Source: Fimbriimonadales bacterium (GTDB lineage: Bacteria; Armatimonadota; Fimbriimonadia; Fimbriimonadales; ATM1). From it: a stretch of 64,000 nucleotides of DNA. The stretch is taken from assembly GCA_051003155.1 (NCBI GenBank), contig JBPCLO010000027.1, forward strand, positions 37,014 to 101,013, given 5' to 3'. Of the stretch, positions 49,653 through 59,194 are shown in pieces. The notes under the pieces are model-generated. The model was not told where the DNA came from and did not search any database. It saw only the letters and a program-made list of their open reading frames with translations. The translations under genes and the position numbers were made by a program. Position 1 is the first letter of the stretch. Each line of letters opens with the position of its first letter.

Positions 49653-51566
49653 CTACCCGGCGGGCGCCGGCTCTTTACCGAAAGTCGGAACCTCGGAAGC
49701 CAGCTTCTCGAAGACCTCGTCGGCATTGAAAGGCGGAACCGCGTTCAGCATCCGCATGGAGATCTCGCCGAACGCCTTCCAAGCCGGCTTTGCCATGCCC
49801 TTCGGGGCGAGGATTTGCTGAACGTGCTGCACTCGCCGCTCGCAGTTGGTGTACGAACCGTCCATCTCGCTGAACGCGCATGCCGGCAGAACCACGCTCG
49901 CGTATTGCAGCGCCTTGGTCTTGATAATGTCGTGCACCACGAGAAACTCGACATTCTCGAGTGCCAGCTTCACCAGTTCCTGGTCTGGCCAAAGTGCGAA
50001 CGGATCGCATTGAAGAAGCCACAGCGCCTTGATCGTACCGTCGCGGCAACTCTCTAGGATCCCTCTCGTTCCCATCCCGTTCTCCGGCAGGATGCCGATG
50101 TCGAGCGCGCCTTGCTCGTTCGCTTCGCAGGCGAACAGGTTGAACTTGCCGCCCAAGCCATTCAAAGCCGCGACAACTTCCTGGCCGTTCGGCAGGTTGT
50201 AGAGGGAGCGGCTTGCAGCAACGATGAAGTCGCCTTTCAGCTCCTTCTTGAGGGCTTTGATCGCTTCCGGTTCCTTGCCCGCCTCGTAGCGAATCTTCTT
50301 GGAGGCAAAGGTGTCGGCTTCTTGCGCCTCGGAGGATGCGACGATCACCTTCGCGCCGTTCTTGAACCATGTCTTCCTAATTCGCAAGAACACGATTGGC
50401 TGTTCGGCCGCGAGGTTGCCGCCGAAGATAACGACCGTGGGAGACGCCTCGAAATCGACGATCGCGGATTCCACGTGCGACACGTCGTCGTTCGGCGGGT
50501 GAGCGTACCACCTATGATCGAGATTGCCGCTTTCGAACGCATCCTTGAAGAGGCCTTTGAAAAGGTAAAGGTCTTCGTTGCTCGGCCTGCCGCTCGTTAG
50601 ACCCGCAACCGCCGAACCGCCACCCTTGAACCGGTCGATGATCTGTCCGTAGGCCTCTGCCCAGCCGGATTCGACGAGGTTGTCTGCCTGCCGAACCAAA
50701 ACGCTTCGCAGGCGATGTTTAGAGTTCAGGTAATCCTGCCCAAACTTACCCTTATCGCACGTCCACTCCTCGTTGATATCCTCGTTGGTCCGGCCGCTGA
50801 TCCTGACCATTTCGTCCACGCGGTAGTCGAACCACACGTTGCAGCCGTTTGAGCATTCCGTGCAAATGGAAGGCTTAGACTCCAAATCCCAGGGCCTCGC
50901 CCTGAAGCGGTACTGCGTGCTCGTTAGAGCTCCGACCGGGCAGATTTCTATAACATTTCCGCTGAATTTTGAATCGAAGTCGGTGAGTTCGAAAGTGCGG
51001 GGTTGCATCGCGGCTCCACGGAAGAGGAACGCCAGCTGGGCGTCCCCTGAGATCTCCTCGGTGAACCGAACGCACCGGCCGCACTGGATGCACCGTTCCA
51101 AATCCAATGTGACATACTCGCTCAAGGGAAACGCCTTCGGCAGGTGCCGTTTCGACTCCACGTAGCGGCTCGTGGAAGGCCCGTAGAAGAGCGTGTTGTT
51201 CTGGAGCGGGCACTCGCCACCACGGTCGCATACAGGACAGTCGAGTGGATGGTTTATCAGCAGAAACTCGAGCACGCCTTTCCTGTCCTCCCTTATGCTC
51301 TCGGTGTCGGTCAGGATCACCATGTTCTTGTCGGCGCCCAGCGTACACCCGGCCTGCGGCTTGGGCATCATCCTCACAGTGCCGTCCGGCTGTTTGAATC
51401 CGACTTCGATGAGGCACATTCTGCACATACCGACCGGCTTCATTCGCGAGTGGTAACAAAAAATCGGGATTTCGAGACCGAGGCGCTTCACCGATTCGAC
51501 GATAATCTCGCCTTTCGGAACTTCCAGGTCGATGCCATTAACCGTGATCGTGACTTGCTCTTGCAT
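49653..51566 (-). CDS. nuoG: NADH-quinone oxidoreductase subunit G
   Basis: IPIFCYH, GMCRMC, NHPLDCPVCDRGGECPLQ, RCIQCGRC, CPVGAL and CTECSNGC motifs. Confidence 0.95.
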   Translation of the reverse strand: MQEQVTITVNGIDLEVPKGEIIVESVKRLGLEIPIFCYHSRMKPVGMCRMCLIEVGFKQPDGTVRMMPKPQAGCTLGADKNMVILTDTESIREDRKGVLEFLLINHPLDCPVCDRGGECPLQNNTLFYGPSTSRYVESKRHLPKAFPLSEYVTLDLERCIQCGRCVRFTEEISGDAQLAFLFRGAAMQPRTFELTDFDSKFSGNVIEICPVGALTSTQYRFRARPWDLESKPSICTECSNGCNVWFDYRVDEMVRISGRTNEDINEEWTCDKGKFGQDYLNSKHRLRSVLVRQADNLVESGWAEAYGQIIDRFKGGGSAVAGLTSGRPSNEDLYLFKGLFKDAFESGNLDHRWYAHPPNDDVSHVESAIVDFEASPTVVIFGGNLAAEQPIVFLRIRKTWFKNGAKVIVASSEAQEADTFASKKIRYEAGKEPEAIKALKKELKGDFIVAASRSLYNLPNGQEVVAALNGLGGKFNLFACEANEQGALDIGILPENGMGTRGILESCRDGTIKALWLLQCDPFALWPDQELVKLALENVEFLVVHDIIKTKALQYASVVLPACAFSEMDGSYTNCERRVQHVQQILAPKGMAKPAWKAFGEISMRMLNAVPPFNADEVFEKLASEVPTFGKEPAPAG

Positions 51567-51922
51567 GGTCGGATTTCGCAGCGAGAAAGTTGTTCCGCCG
51601 AGCGTTGTTCTACCCCATCCTGTGCCTTCCTCTCGCGCGCGCAGAATCGCGACACAGCCGAAATACAATGATCACGCTCAAAACTGGTTCAACCAAGATA
51701 GAATGCATCATAGAGTAGCCAGTCCTGCTGCCAGGAGACCCAAATGGAGACGCGGTCTAAAGGGGGATCAGAGGACGTTTCCCATCGGGCCGTAAGGTCC
51801 CATGTTGCGCTTTGCAACCCGCGAGCTGATCGCTAAAGCTCGCTGAGAAGGTGGACGGCAGCGACGTGTACTTAGCTCTCACCCACGGGCGATTAATTTC
51901 TGACATCGGTAAACTCCCGCCA

Positions 51923-52648
51923 ATGCTGCTCGGCCCGAAGATAGCCGTCATAGGGGCAGGAAGCCTGCGTGCTGGCGTGCCGATCCTTGCCAGCCTTGCC
52001 AACCTGCCCCTGGCTCCCGAGACGCGACTCAGCCTGCACGACGAGCACGACGAGGCCCTCGACCTCTTCGACCGACTCGCCCGTGTGTTCGCCGCCACAA
52101 ACGACTTGGAACTTTCCATCCAAGCGGCCGACGACCTGGATCACGCCCTAGACGGTGCCAGTGTCGCCATCCTTGCATTCGGCTTGGGCAGGTCGGCAGC
52201 CAAAGCCGAGGCTTGGATAAGCACTTGCGGCGAAGCCAGCCCCCGGACCGCGTCAATGGTTCGCTCGACTCTTCTCCATCCGAAATTCGAGGCCATCAAC
52301 GAGTGGCTCTACGGACTCGAAACAACGCCCATTCTCGTCAATCTCGTGTCGCCGGCGGAGCTAAGCTCTCAACTGCTCACCGGCGAAGCATTTCACCTCC
52401 ATTGGCCGCCACCGCTCGGCCAAAACCATCGGGTCACCACCGCCCACCAGGTCTTGCGTTGGATACGGGGCGACGATCTGCCTTACGAACCGCTAAAGCA
52501 AAACGCGGAGAGTCCGTTGGTTAGCGCGCTGTTGGATGCGAAGCCTGCGCCCGAGAATCGTTTCAACTCGCAAGCAGTGGCAACCTGGATGGCAGAGTTG
52601 GGGGACGCGTGCCCGGGTAGTGTGCCGCAGGCGCTATTGGCTGACTAG
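51923..52648 (+). CDS. short GH4-like Rossmann-fold protein
   Basis: KIAVIGAGS, LSLHD, DLDHALDGA and LVNLVSP resemble the GH4 N-terminal domain; much shorter than GH4 enzymes. Confidence 0.55.
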   Translation: MLLGPKIAVIGAGSLRAGVPILASLANLPLAPETRLSLHDEHDEALDLFDRLARVFAATNDLELSIQAADDLDHALDGASVAILAFGLGRSAAKAEAWISTCGEASPRTASMVRSTLLHPKFEAINEWLYGLETTPILVNLVSPAELSSQLLTGEAFHLHWPPPLGQNHRVTTAHQVLRWIRGDDLPYEPLKQNAESPLVSALLDAKPAPENRFNSQAVATWMAELGDACPGSVPQALLAD

Positions 52649-53058
52649 CCGCCGGTTATTCGAAGAACGTCGTCCCATCTTCGATACAGTTTGAGGCTGA
52701 CGAAGATCGAAACGATACAAACAACGACTGTGATTACGGCAACCCATCGGGCTAAGCGAAGCGCCGTTTCCGCCGCGGCGACTTCGGGAACGTCAGCGAC
52801 CATACCCCTCGCCACTTTCCCCAAGAACAAGATTTGCAGCAACGCGAAGATCCCCACAGCCCCTACGGAGGCAACCATTTGGAGGGCGTACGTGACGGCT
52901 CCATCTAGGGTAAACAGCACATCTTCCTGATAGTGGGTAAGCGCTATGGGAACATAAATCGCCCAGCCGATTCCCAAAATATTGAGAATGGCAAGAAGCC
53001 ATCCTATGCCCAAGTAACGGTTGCCGATTCGCTGGTCGTGTTGAACTGCGTTATCCAC
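52645..53058 (-). CDS. hypothetical membrane protein (3 TM)
   Basis: Three hydrophobic segments; overlaps the fabF stop. Confidence 0.6.
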   Translation of the reverse strand: MDNAVQHDQRIGNRYLGIGWLLAILNILGIGWAIYVPIALTHYQEDVLFTLDGAVTYALQMVASVGAVGIFALLQILFLGKVARGMVADVPEVAAAETALRLARWVAVITVVVCIVSIFVSLKLYRRWDDVLRITGG

Positions 53059-54322
53059 TGAACTTCCTGAATATTAGCGTGACATTGTGGCCGCCGAAGC
53101 CAAATGAGTTCTTCATCACCAAGTCCGCATCCGCTTTGCGAGACTCGTTAGGCACATAGTCGAGGTCGCATTCTGGATCCGGCGTTTCGTAATTGATCGT
53201 CGGATGAATTATTCCCGTTTGAAGAGCCTTGATGCAAACTATCGACTCGATTGCGCCAGCTGCGCCCAAGGTATGACCGATCATCGATTTGGTGCTGCTC
53301 ACTGGGATCTTGGATGCCAGATCGCCAAACACCTTCTTGATGGCCACGGTCTCGAGCCGGTCGCCGTAAGGCGTGCTTGTTCCGTGAGCATTAATGTAGC
53401 CGATCTGGTCGGGTTTCAGTCCAGCGTACTTAAGAGCAAGAGACATCGAACGGCGAGCACCGTCACCTTTTGGTTCGGGCTGAGTTATGTGAAAAGCATC
53501 TGCCGACATGGCGTAACCGACGATCTCACCGTATATCGTCGCACCACGCCCTTTCGCATGGTCCAAGCTCTCCAAGAGGACAATGCCCGCTCCCTCTCCC
53601 ATAACGAAGCCGTCACGGTTAAGGTCCCACGGCCGACTTGCGCCCTCGGGATCGTCGTTTCTCGTGCTAAGGGCGCGCGCAGCGCAAAACCCGGCTAGCC
53701 CGATCTCGGTTATGGGCGCTTCCGCGCCGCCCGCAACCATAACATCAGCTTCGCCACGGCGAATTACGTGTGACGCATCGCCGATGGCGTTCGCTCCCGT
53801 GCTGCACGCGGTCACGACACAACTGTTTGGCCCTTTCAGGCCGTGCTGGATGGAAATGTAACCGCTTGCCATGTCTGGAATCATGTACGGCACAAGAAAT
53901 GGCGAAACTTTCCCTGGGCCCCCTTCAATATGACGGCGGTGCTGCTCGCCCAGGATATCGAGCCCACCGATTCCGGAACCAATCAGTACGCCTACTCGCT
54001 CCAGATCGGTCGAATCCAACTTCAAGCTTGAATCGTCGAGTGCCATTTGGGTCGCGGCAACCGCCAGCTGGAGAAATCTGGACAGCCTGCGAGACTCTTT
54101 CTTGTCGAGCCAATCGTCAGGGTTGAAGTCTTTGATTTCCGCCGCGATTTTGGCGCTGAACTCGGACGGGTCCAACGCGGTAATGCGAGAAACGCCGCTT
54201 TCCCCGGCGACCAGGTTATTCCAAAAGGAATCGACCCGGTTGCCGAGAGGCGTAACGACGCCAATTCCGGTGATAACTACCCTGCGCGGTGGCTCGGTTT
54301 GTGAAGTGTGCGATTCGACTAC
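53051..54322 (-). CDS. fabF: beta-ketoacyl-ACP synthase II
   Basis: RRVVITGIGVVTPLG lies upstream of the track's start; VTACSTG, NAHGTST, KSMIGH and NSFGFGG motifs. Start codon is non-canonical or uncertain. Confidence 0.93.
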   Translation of the reverse strand, partial: VVESHTSQTEPPRRVVITGIGVVTPLGNRVDSFWNNLVAGESGVSRITALDPSEFSAKIAAEIKDFNPDDWLDKKESRRLSRFLQLAVAATQMALDDSSLKLDSTDLERVGVLIGSGIGGLDILGEQHRRHIEGGPGKVSPFLVPYMIPDMASGYISIQHGLKGPNSCVVTACSTGANAIGDASHVIRRGEADVMVAGGAEAPITEIGLAGFCAARALSTRNDDPEGASRPWDLNRDGFVMGEGAGIVLLESLDHAKGRGATIYGEIVGYAMSADAFHITQPEPKGDGARRSMSLALKYAGLKPDQIGYINAHGTSTPYGDRLETVAIKKVFGDLASKIPVSSTKSMIGHTLGAAGAIESIVCIKALQTGIIHPTINYETPDPECDLDYVPNESRKADADLVMKNSFGFGGHNVTLIFRKFSG

Positions 54323-54573
54323 GCGCTCTTCTCCTCGAGCTTCTTGCTGATGTAGTCCACAGCCGCACCGACCGTTTTGATGCTTTCGACCTCGTCATCC
54401 GGGATTTCGATGTTGAACTCATCCTCGAATCCCATAACGAGTTGAACGACATCGAGCGAGTCCGCCCCGAAATCCTCCATAAAGGACGATTCCAGATTGA
54501 TCTCATCCTCCTTACGATTCAACTCTTCAACGATCACTTTCTTGACTCTTGCCAGAACGTCTTCCATTGTCAC
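54319..54573 (-). CDS. acpP: acyl carrier protein
   Basis: EDFGADSLDVVQLVM and EFNIEIPD motifs. Confidence 0.95.
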   Translation of the reverse strand: MTMEDVLARVKKVIVEELNRKEDEINLESSFMEDFGADSLDVVQLVMGFEDEFNIEIPDDEVESIKTVGAAVDYISKKLEEKSA

Positions 54574-54588
54574 CTGTACCTTGTTTTG

Positions 54589-55317
54589 TTATAGCGTCAG
54601 ACCGCCGTCCACGACGAGCACTTGTCCCGTAATGTAGGACGAGCCCTCTCCGGCCAAAAACAGCGCAGCCGATGCTATATCCTGGATGGTTCCAAGCCTA
54701 CCTAACGGAGCTGTATTATGGACATGTTCACGCATATTCTGTGGCAGCTCTGCAGTCATGTCGGTTTCTATGAAGCCGGGAGCAATCGCATTGCACGTGA
54801 TTCCTCGGCTGCCGAACTCTTTTGCTACCGATTTCGTAAACCCGATGAGCCCTGCCTTGCTCGCCGCATAGTTGGCCTGACCCGCTTGGCCTACCAGGCC
54901 TACGATGCTCGTGAGGTTGATGATTCTTCCCCACCGCGCCTTCACCATTGGCTTCGAAGCCGCCCTCACACACAGGAACGCGCCCTTAAGATTGACGTTC
55001 ATCACTGCATCCCAATCGTCGTTTGACATTCTGATAACCAGCTGGTCGCGCGTGATTCCGGCGTTGTTGACCAGAATGTCGACTCCGCCAAGGCGCGCGA
55101 TCGTTTCGGCAACTGCCTCATCGACCTCGCCAACATCCGCTACATCGCACTTAATCGCGATTGCGCTGTTCCCCGCTTCGCTCGCCGTTGCATAGCAGCC
55201 GGCCGTGCTGGATACACACGCAACTTTTGCGCCTTCCTTCGCCAACTGGAGCGCGATCCCCTTGCCAATCCCGCGGCTTGCTCCGGTGACAAACGCAACC
55301 TTGCCTTCCAATGTCAT
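54589..55317 (-). CDS. fabG: 3-oxoacyl-ACP reductase
   Basis: TGASRGIG, NNAGITRD, YAASKAG and ITGQVLVVDGG motifs. Confidence 0.95.
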   Translation of the reverse strand: MTLEGKVAFVTGASRGIGKGIALQLAKEGAKVACVSSTAGCYATASEAGNSAIAIKCDVADVGEVDEAVAETIARLGGVDILVNNAGITRDQLVIRMSNDDWDAVMNVNLKGAFLCVRAASKPMVKARWGRIINLTSIVGLVGQAGQANYAASKAGLIGFTKSVAKEFGSRGITCNAIAPGFIETDMTAELPQNMREHVHNTAPLGRLGTIQDIASAALFLAGEGSSYITGQVLVVDGGLTL

Positions 55318-56216
55318 TGCCCGTTGAAATCCTTTGCCGACACAGCCACAGCCTCAGAATCTATACGCTTGATCAAACCCGATAGCACCTCGCCTGGCCC
55401 ACATTCCACAAACGTCTCAACTCCCAATTCGCGCATCCGACGAACTGACTGAGTCCAGAGAACCGGCGATCGCAGCTGTTGCTCCAACAAACCCGGCCAA
55501 TCAACTTCGACGTTCGCCGTCACGTTGCTTACGACGGCAACCTGCGGTGGCTCGAAGGACGCGTCGCTCAGCGCCTCGGCCATCGTCCGCGCCGCATCTT
55601 CCATCAGCGGACTATGAAACGCTCCGCTGACGTTGAGCCGGATGCATCGCTTCGCTCCTCTTTCTTTTAGCCGCTCCATTGTTGCAAGAACTGAGTTTAC
55701 GTCGCCGGAGATTACAGTCTGCCCGGGGCTGTTGTAGTTCGCAACCACAACAACCGCTCTCTCTACGCTCACCTCGGCGCAGGTTGCCTCGATCGTTTCG
55801 TCGTCGAGGCCGAGAATGGCTGCCATCGTGCCGGGCCGCAGCGAACCCGCTTCTGCCATCAGTTCACCCCGGCGCTGTACCAGCCGCGCCCCTTCGGCTA
55901 CGGAGAACACGCTCGCGCAAGCAAGGGCGGCATACTCTCCGACACTATGCCCCGCCATCGCTACCGGGGGTTGGGCGCCAGACATCGCTCGATACGTAGC
56001 CACCGAAGAAGCGTACAACGCAATCTGCGCGTTGTCCGTCCTGCGCAGCGTCTCGTCGTCGGCGCCAAAACAGAGCTCGGCTACATCGCGGTCAAGGGTA
56101 TCGGAAACCTCTTTGAAGACCTTCTGCGCCGCGGAGCTGGAATCGAACGCTTCTCTCCCCATTCCGGGTTTCTGTGAACCCTGGCCAGGGAAGATAACCG
56201 CGTAACGCCTCTGCAC
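55314..56216 (-). CDS. fabD: malonyl-CoA:ACP transacylase
   Basis: FPGQGSQ, GHSVGEY, VANYNSPGQ and VSGAFHS motifs. Confidence 0.95.
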   Translation of the reverse strand: MQRRYAVIFPGQGSQKPGMGREAFDSSSAAQKVFKEVSDTLDRDVAELCFGADDETLRRTDNAQIALYASSVATYRAMSGAQPPVAMAGHSVGEYAALACASVFSVAEGARLVQRRGELMAEAGSLRPGTMAAILGLDDETIEATCAEVSVERAVVVVANYNSPGQTVISGDVNSVLATMERLKERGAKRCIRLNVSGAFHSPLMEDAARTMAEALSDASFEPPQVAVVSNVTANVEVDWPGLLEQQLRSPVLWTQSVRRMRELGVETFVECGPGEVLSGLIKRIDSEAVAVSAKDFNGQ

Positions 56217-56246
56217 AACGGACTCATTCTACAGTCGCAGCTAGTC

Positions 56247-56385
56247 AAAAGGGAAGCCGGCGACCATTTCTGGACCGCCGGCTTGGAGGTTGGGGTGAGG
56301 AGGTGGCGCTAGGGGGTAGCGCCGGTGGCCGGAAAGGTCACCGCCGCAGTCCTTAACCCGATCCCAACCCAAACTCCATAACCTA
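56247..56385 (-). ncRNA. candidate structured small RNA / leader with intrinsic terminator
   Basis: Two perfect or near-perfect hairpins, C-rich CCUCC segments and a GC stem ending CCCUUUU; no credible ORF. Confidence 0.5.
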
Positions 56386-56476
56386 TTTGCAGAACACCAT
56401 ACCCGGCATAATCGCAAACGTCAAGCCTTCGCCTGCAGTTTGCGAGTTTCCCGGTAATTGTTGCACCCTGCGGCAC

Positions 56477-58321
56477 CTAATATCGGCTGGACCATTGGGC
56501 CAAAGGAATGAGGGGCGGTGTGCCTGGGTTACGAGCGCCGCCGGCCGGTGAGAGTACCACAGCGATTCTCGCGATTCCGTTCGTTCTCGGAGCCTTGACC
56601 GCGAGCATCTGGACGCCGAGGTTCTTTCGTCCTCGCGAGCTGCGCGGATCCATGTCCTCGACCGTGAACCTCGCGTCACCGGGAGCCAAGATTCTGGCCT
56701 CGAGGGTCGCGCCAGCCTGGCTCAAAATCGCGACGTCGCCACGCACGTCGACCTTGGCTTGCGTTGCCATGCCCCAACGCACTTCTCCATCAGGATCGGT
56801 CACCTCGTCCTGAATCAAGACGTCTTGACGCCCGATGAAGCGTATGCCTCGCACTACCTTCCGCGCTTGTCCGCGATAGGCAGGGCTCATGTTGATGATC
56901 GCGAAGGGGTTGGCCCCGCCACCTTCGAAAGCCGTGATGTCGGAACGGCCAGCCACAACTTGCTTCTGTCCGCCGATAACGATCGTGTTGTGGCTTAACG
57001 AGCTCAGACGGAAGATTTCCCACTTCTGCTTAGCGGCGAAGTAGCCGGGGATATTGTAGTCGTCCGGCCCGAGATCTACGGCCCACCGTTCACCCAACGC
57101 ATCGAACACAAAGGAACCTGCATCTTGGTGTGCGTGCGGGAGGCCTGCGTCGCCGCCCTTCGCAGCAATAAACGATGTGTTCCGATCGGTCCACGAGCCT
57201 CGCATGGAGAAAACCGGTTGGACTCCTTTGAACAGTCTGTCTAGCGGGGCACCCGTGTTTTGGCCAGCATCGCTGTACCACGCGATGGCGAGTGGCATGA
57301 ATCTGTACTCATCGTCCCAGTACTGCATCCGCTGGGAAACGAGTTCGTCGATGCGCTCCCGCATCCACCAAGCGTAGAACGGCTGCCTATGCACGCGGGC
57401 AAGCTCGAACATAGCTGCCGACGGGTAGAACTTGGGCCACGAATCCGAGAAATTGTATGCTAGCCCTGTGGGACCGCGCATATAGATCGGGAACCAGCCG
57501 GCCCTGCCGAATACCGGGTCGCCGAGCACGCTTTGCCCGTATTCCGACGTGTGCAAGGCGCTGTTGGCGGCCGCCTGGTAGGACATGGCGTAATGCCAAT
57601 ACAAGGCGCCTTCAGGCGAAGCGCCGTCAGGCCTGTAGAGGGCAGGTACCGTCCTGAAATATCGTAGGGTCTTTGCGAGGACCTGGTCCGCGAGTTGGGG
57701 CTCTTCGTCCGAGATGGCAAGGGCGCCGATCGTAAGGCCGCCCATACAAACTGACGTCCAGTTGTTTCGGCCCGTGATCCAGTGGGGGTTCTTGGCCATA
57801 AGCTGCAAGCCTGGCCTCAGACCCTTGACGATGATGGCTCGGCGCACCGTGAGCCGGTCGCTATTGCCCAAGAACGAGTAAAGCCAGTCGTAGCCAATTC
57901 CCAGAGCGGTCGTCATCTCTGCGACATCGAGAAAATGGCTGGGATTCCAGTCGGAGAAGTGCGCGGCGGCGATGAGCTCGTCACGAGCCCGCAGGGCGAA
58001 TTTGTGGTCGCCTGTGAGCCGGTAAGCCATGCTCAGGGCCAAGACGCGTTCGACCGTTTCGCGGCTCTGGTGCAAGAGCCTTGGGCCGATGAGTTGGCGC
58101 CTAACCGTAGCCGAGGACATGTACCTGCGCGCGATGTCTGTATTGCGATCAATCAGCGCGTCTAACGTCTGGTCGCGCCGAACAAGCGACTTGATTCTGC
58201 TCTCGTCCGCCTCCGTAAAGATGAGGCGGGGGTGGCCGCGTTGACCTTCGTAAGCGAACGCGATCGAAGTTAAGGAGCAAAGCAGAATAACCGAGCGAAC
58301 TTTCATGTTGTTCATAGCCAT
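56477..58321 (-). CDS. heparinase II/III-family polysaccharide lyase-like protein
   Basis: Signal peptide; HPRL, WNPSHFLDVAEM, NNW, PEGALYWHY, HAHQDAGSF and HNT motifs. Confidence 0.85.
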   Translation of the reverse strand: MAMNNMKVRSVILLCSLTSIAFAYEGQRGHPRLIFTEADESRIKSLVRRDQTLDALIDRNTDIARRYMSSATVRRQLIGPRLLHQSRETVERVLALSMAYRLTGDHKFALRARDELIAAAHFSDWNPSHFLDVAEMTTALGIGYDWLYSFLGNSDRLTVRRAIIVKGLRPGLQLMAKNPHWITGRNNWTSVCMGGLTIGALAISDEEPQLADQVLAKTLRYFRTVPALYRPDGASPEGALYWHYAMSYQAAANSALHTSEYGQSVLGDPVFGRAGWFPIYMRGPTGLAYNFSDSWPKFYPSAAMFELARVHRQPFYAWWMRERIDELVSQRMQYWDDEYRFMPLAIAWYSDAGQNTGAPLDRLFKGVQPVFSMRGSWTDRNTSFIAAKGGDAGLPHAHQDAGSFVFDALGERWAVDLGPDDYNIPGYFAAKQKWEIFRLSSLSHNTIVIGGQKQVVAGRSDITAFEGGGANPFAIINMSPAYRGQARKVVRGIRFIGRQDVLIQDEVTDPDGEVRWGMATQAKVDVRGDVAILSQAGATLEARILAPGDARFTVEDMDPRSSRGRKNLGVQMLAVKAPRTNGIARIAVVLSPAGGARNPGTPPLIPLAQWSSRY

Positions 58322-58440
58322 TTAGACCGGCCTTACCACCGCCGGACGTAAACATGGTACGAACGACCAATCATTGTAGTTACAGGTCCGCGTCAATTCT
58401 ACGACAATCGCGCGCGGGCTTATGCTTCGAAATATGGAAT

Positions 58441-58514
58441 TGGCTGCCCCCCAGGGATTCGAACCCCAACCGCCTGGGCCAGAACCAGGTGTTCTGCCAT
58501 TAAACTAGGGGGCA
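58441..58514 (-). tRNA. tRNA-Gln (anticodon CTG)
   Basis: Minus strand TGCCCCCTAGTTTAATGGCAGAACACCTGGTTCTGGCCCAGG...GGTTCGAATCCCTGGGGGGCAGCCA folds as a cloverleaf with encoded CCA. Confidence 0.95.
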
Positions 58515-58587
58515 GCAGCGGGCGCAATTATACCTTTGGACTAAATCGGGTCTGCATCCTTGTGCGGCTCGAAATCGTCGGTTATAC

Positions 58588-58603
58588 TGTAGTAGCTGGT
58601 ACA
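58588..58603 (+). promoter_or_regulatory. imperfect palindrome (putative TetR operator) adjacent to a TATACT -10
   Basis: TGTAGTAGCTGGTACA lies between the -10 (58583-58588) and the ATG at 58609. Confidence 0.45.
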
Positions 58604-58608
58604 AAAGA

Positions 58609-59193
58609 ATGGGAAGGACTTCCGATGCGAAGGAACGAATACTAGACAGCGCCCTTGCTCTGATCCACGAGCGGGGATACGCGAACGTCGGTGTCGAGGA
58701 CATCATGCAGGCTGCGAAAGTGGGCAAGAGCAGCTTTTACCACTTCTTCAAATCCAAGGAGAAACTCGGCGAAGCAGTTGTAGACGAATACACGCGCCGA
58801 ACGTGTGAAGACCTTTTCGACCGAGCATTCGCAGGCGACATCAGCCCCCTGCAACGCTTTCACAGGCTCACCTCAATGCTCCAAACGGATACCAGGCCCA
58901 TCGTCGGCTGTCTCGGCGGAAACGGGGCCGCCGAGCACACAAACAATTCCGAGCCGCTTCGTGTTAAGACCGACGGACTCCTCGACCAAATCCGTGGACG
59001 CTTCGAAGACGCGTTCGCCGACGCGGTCTCCGACATGGACCTCCACCCGGACACACCCACGAGCGACTTGGCAGCCGCGTCCGTTGCGTATCTCCAGGGG
59101 CTTCTCCTCTTGTGCCGAGTGAAGCAGTCTTGGGAACCCATGACGACGCTCGGCCCGATGGTCGAGCACCTTTGGCACCCGTATCTTGTGTAG
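58609..59193 (+). CDS. TetR/AcrR-family regulator (NemR/LmrA-like)
   Basis: RGYANVGVEDI...KSSFYHFFKSKE and GCLGGN motifs. Confidence 0.9.
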   Translation: MGRTSDAKERILDSALALIHERGYANVGVEDIMQAAKVGKSSFYHFFKSKEKLGEAVVDEYTRRTCEDLFDRAFAGDISPLQRFHRLTSMLQTDTRPIVGCLGGNGAAEHTNNSEPLRVKTDGLLDQIRGRFEDAFADAVSDMDLHPDTPTSDLAAASVAYLQGLLLLCRVKQSWEPMTTLGPMVEHLWHPYLV

Positions 59194-59194
59194 G

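Noticed and set aside
51570..51900. Extension of nuoG to 51668 or a small gene upstream of nuoG
   Set aside because: NuoG homology begins at ATG 51566, and the upstream frames give nothing recognisable.
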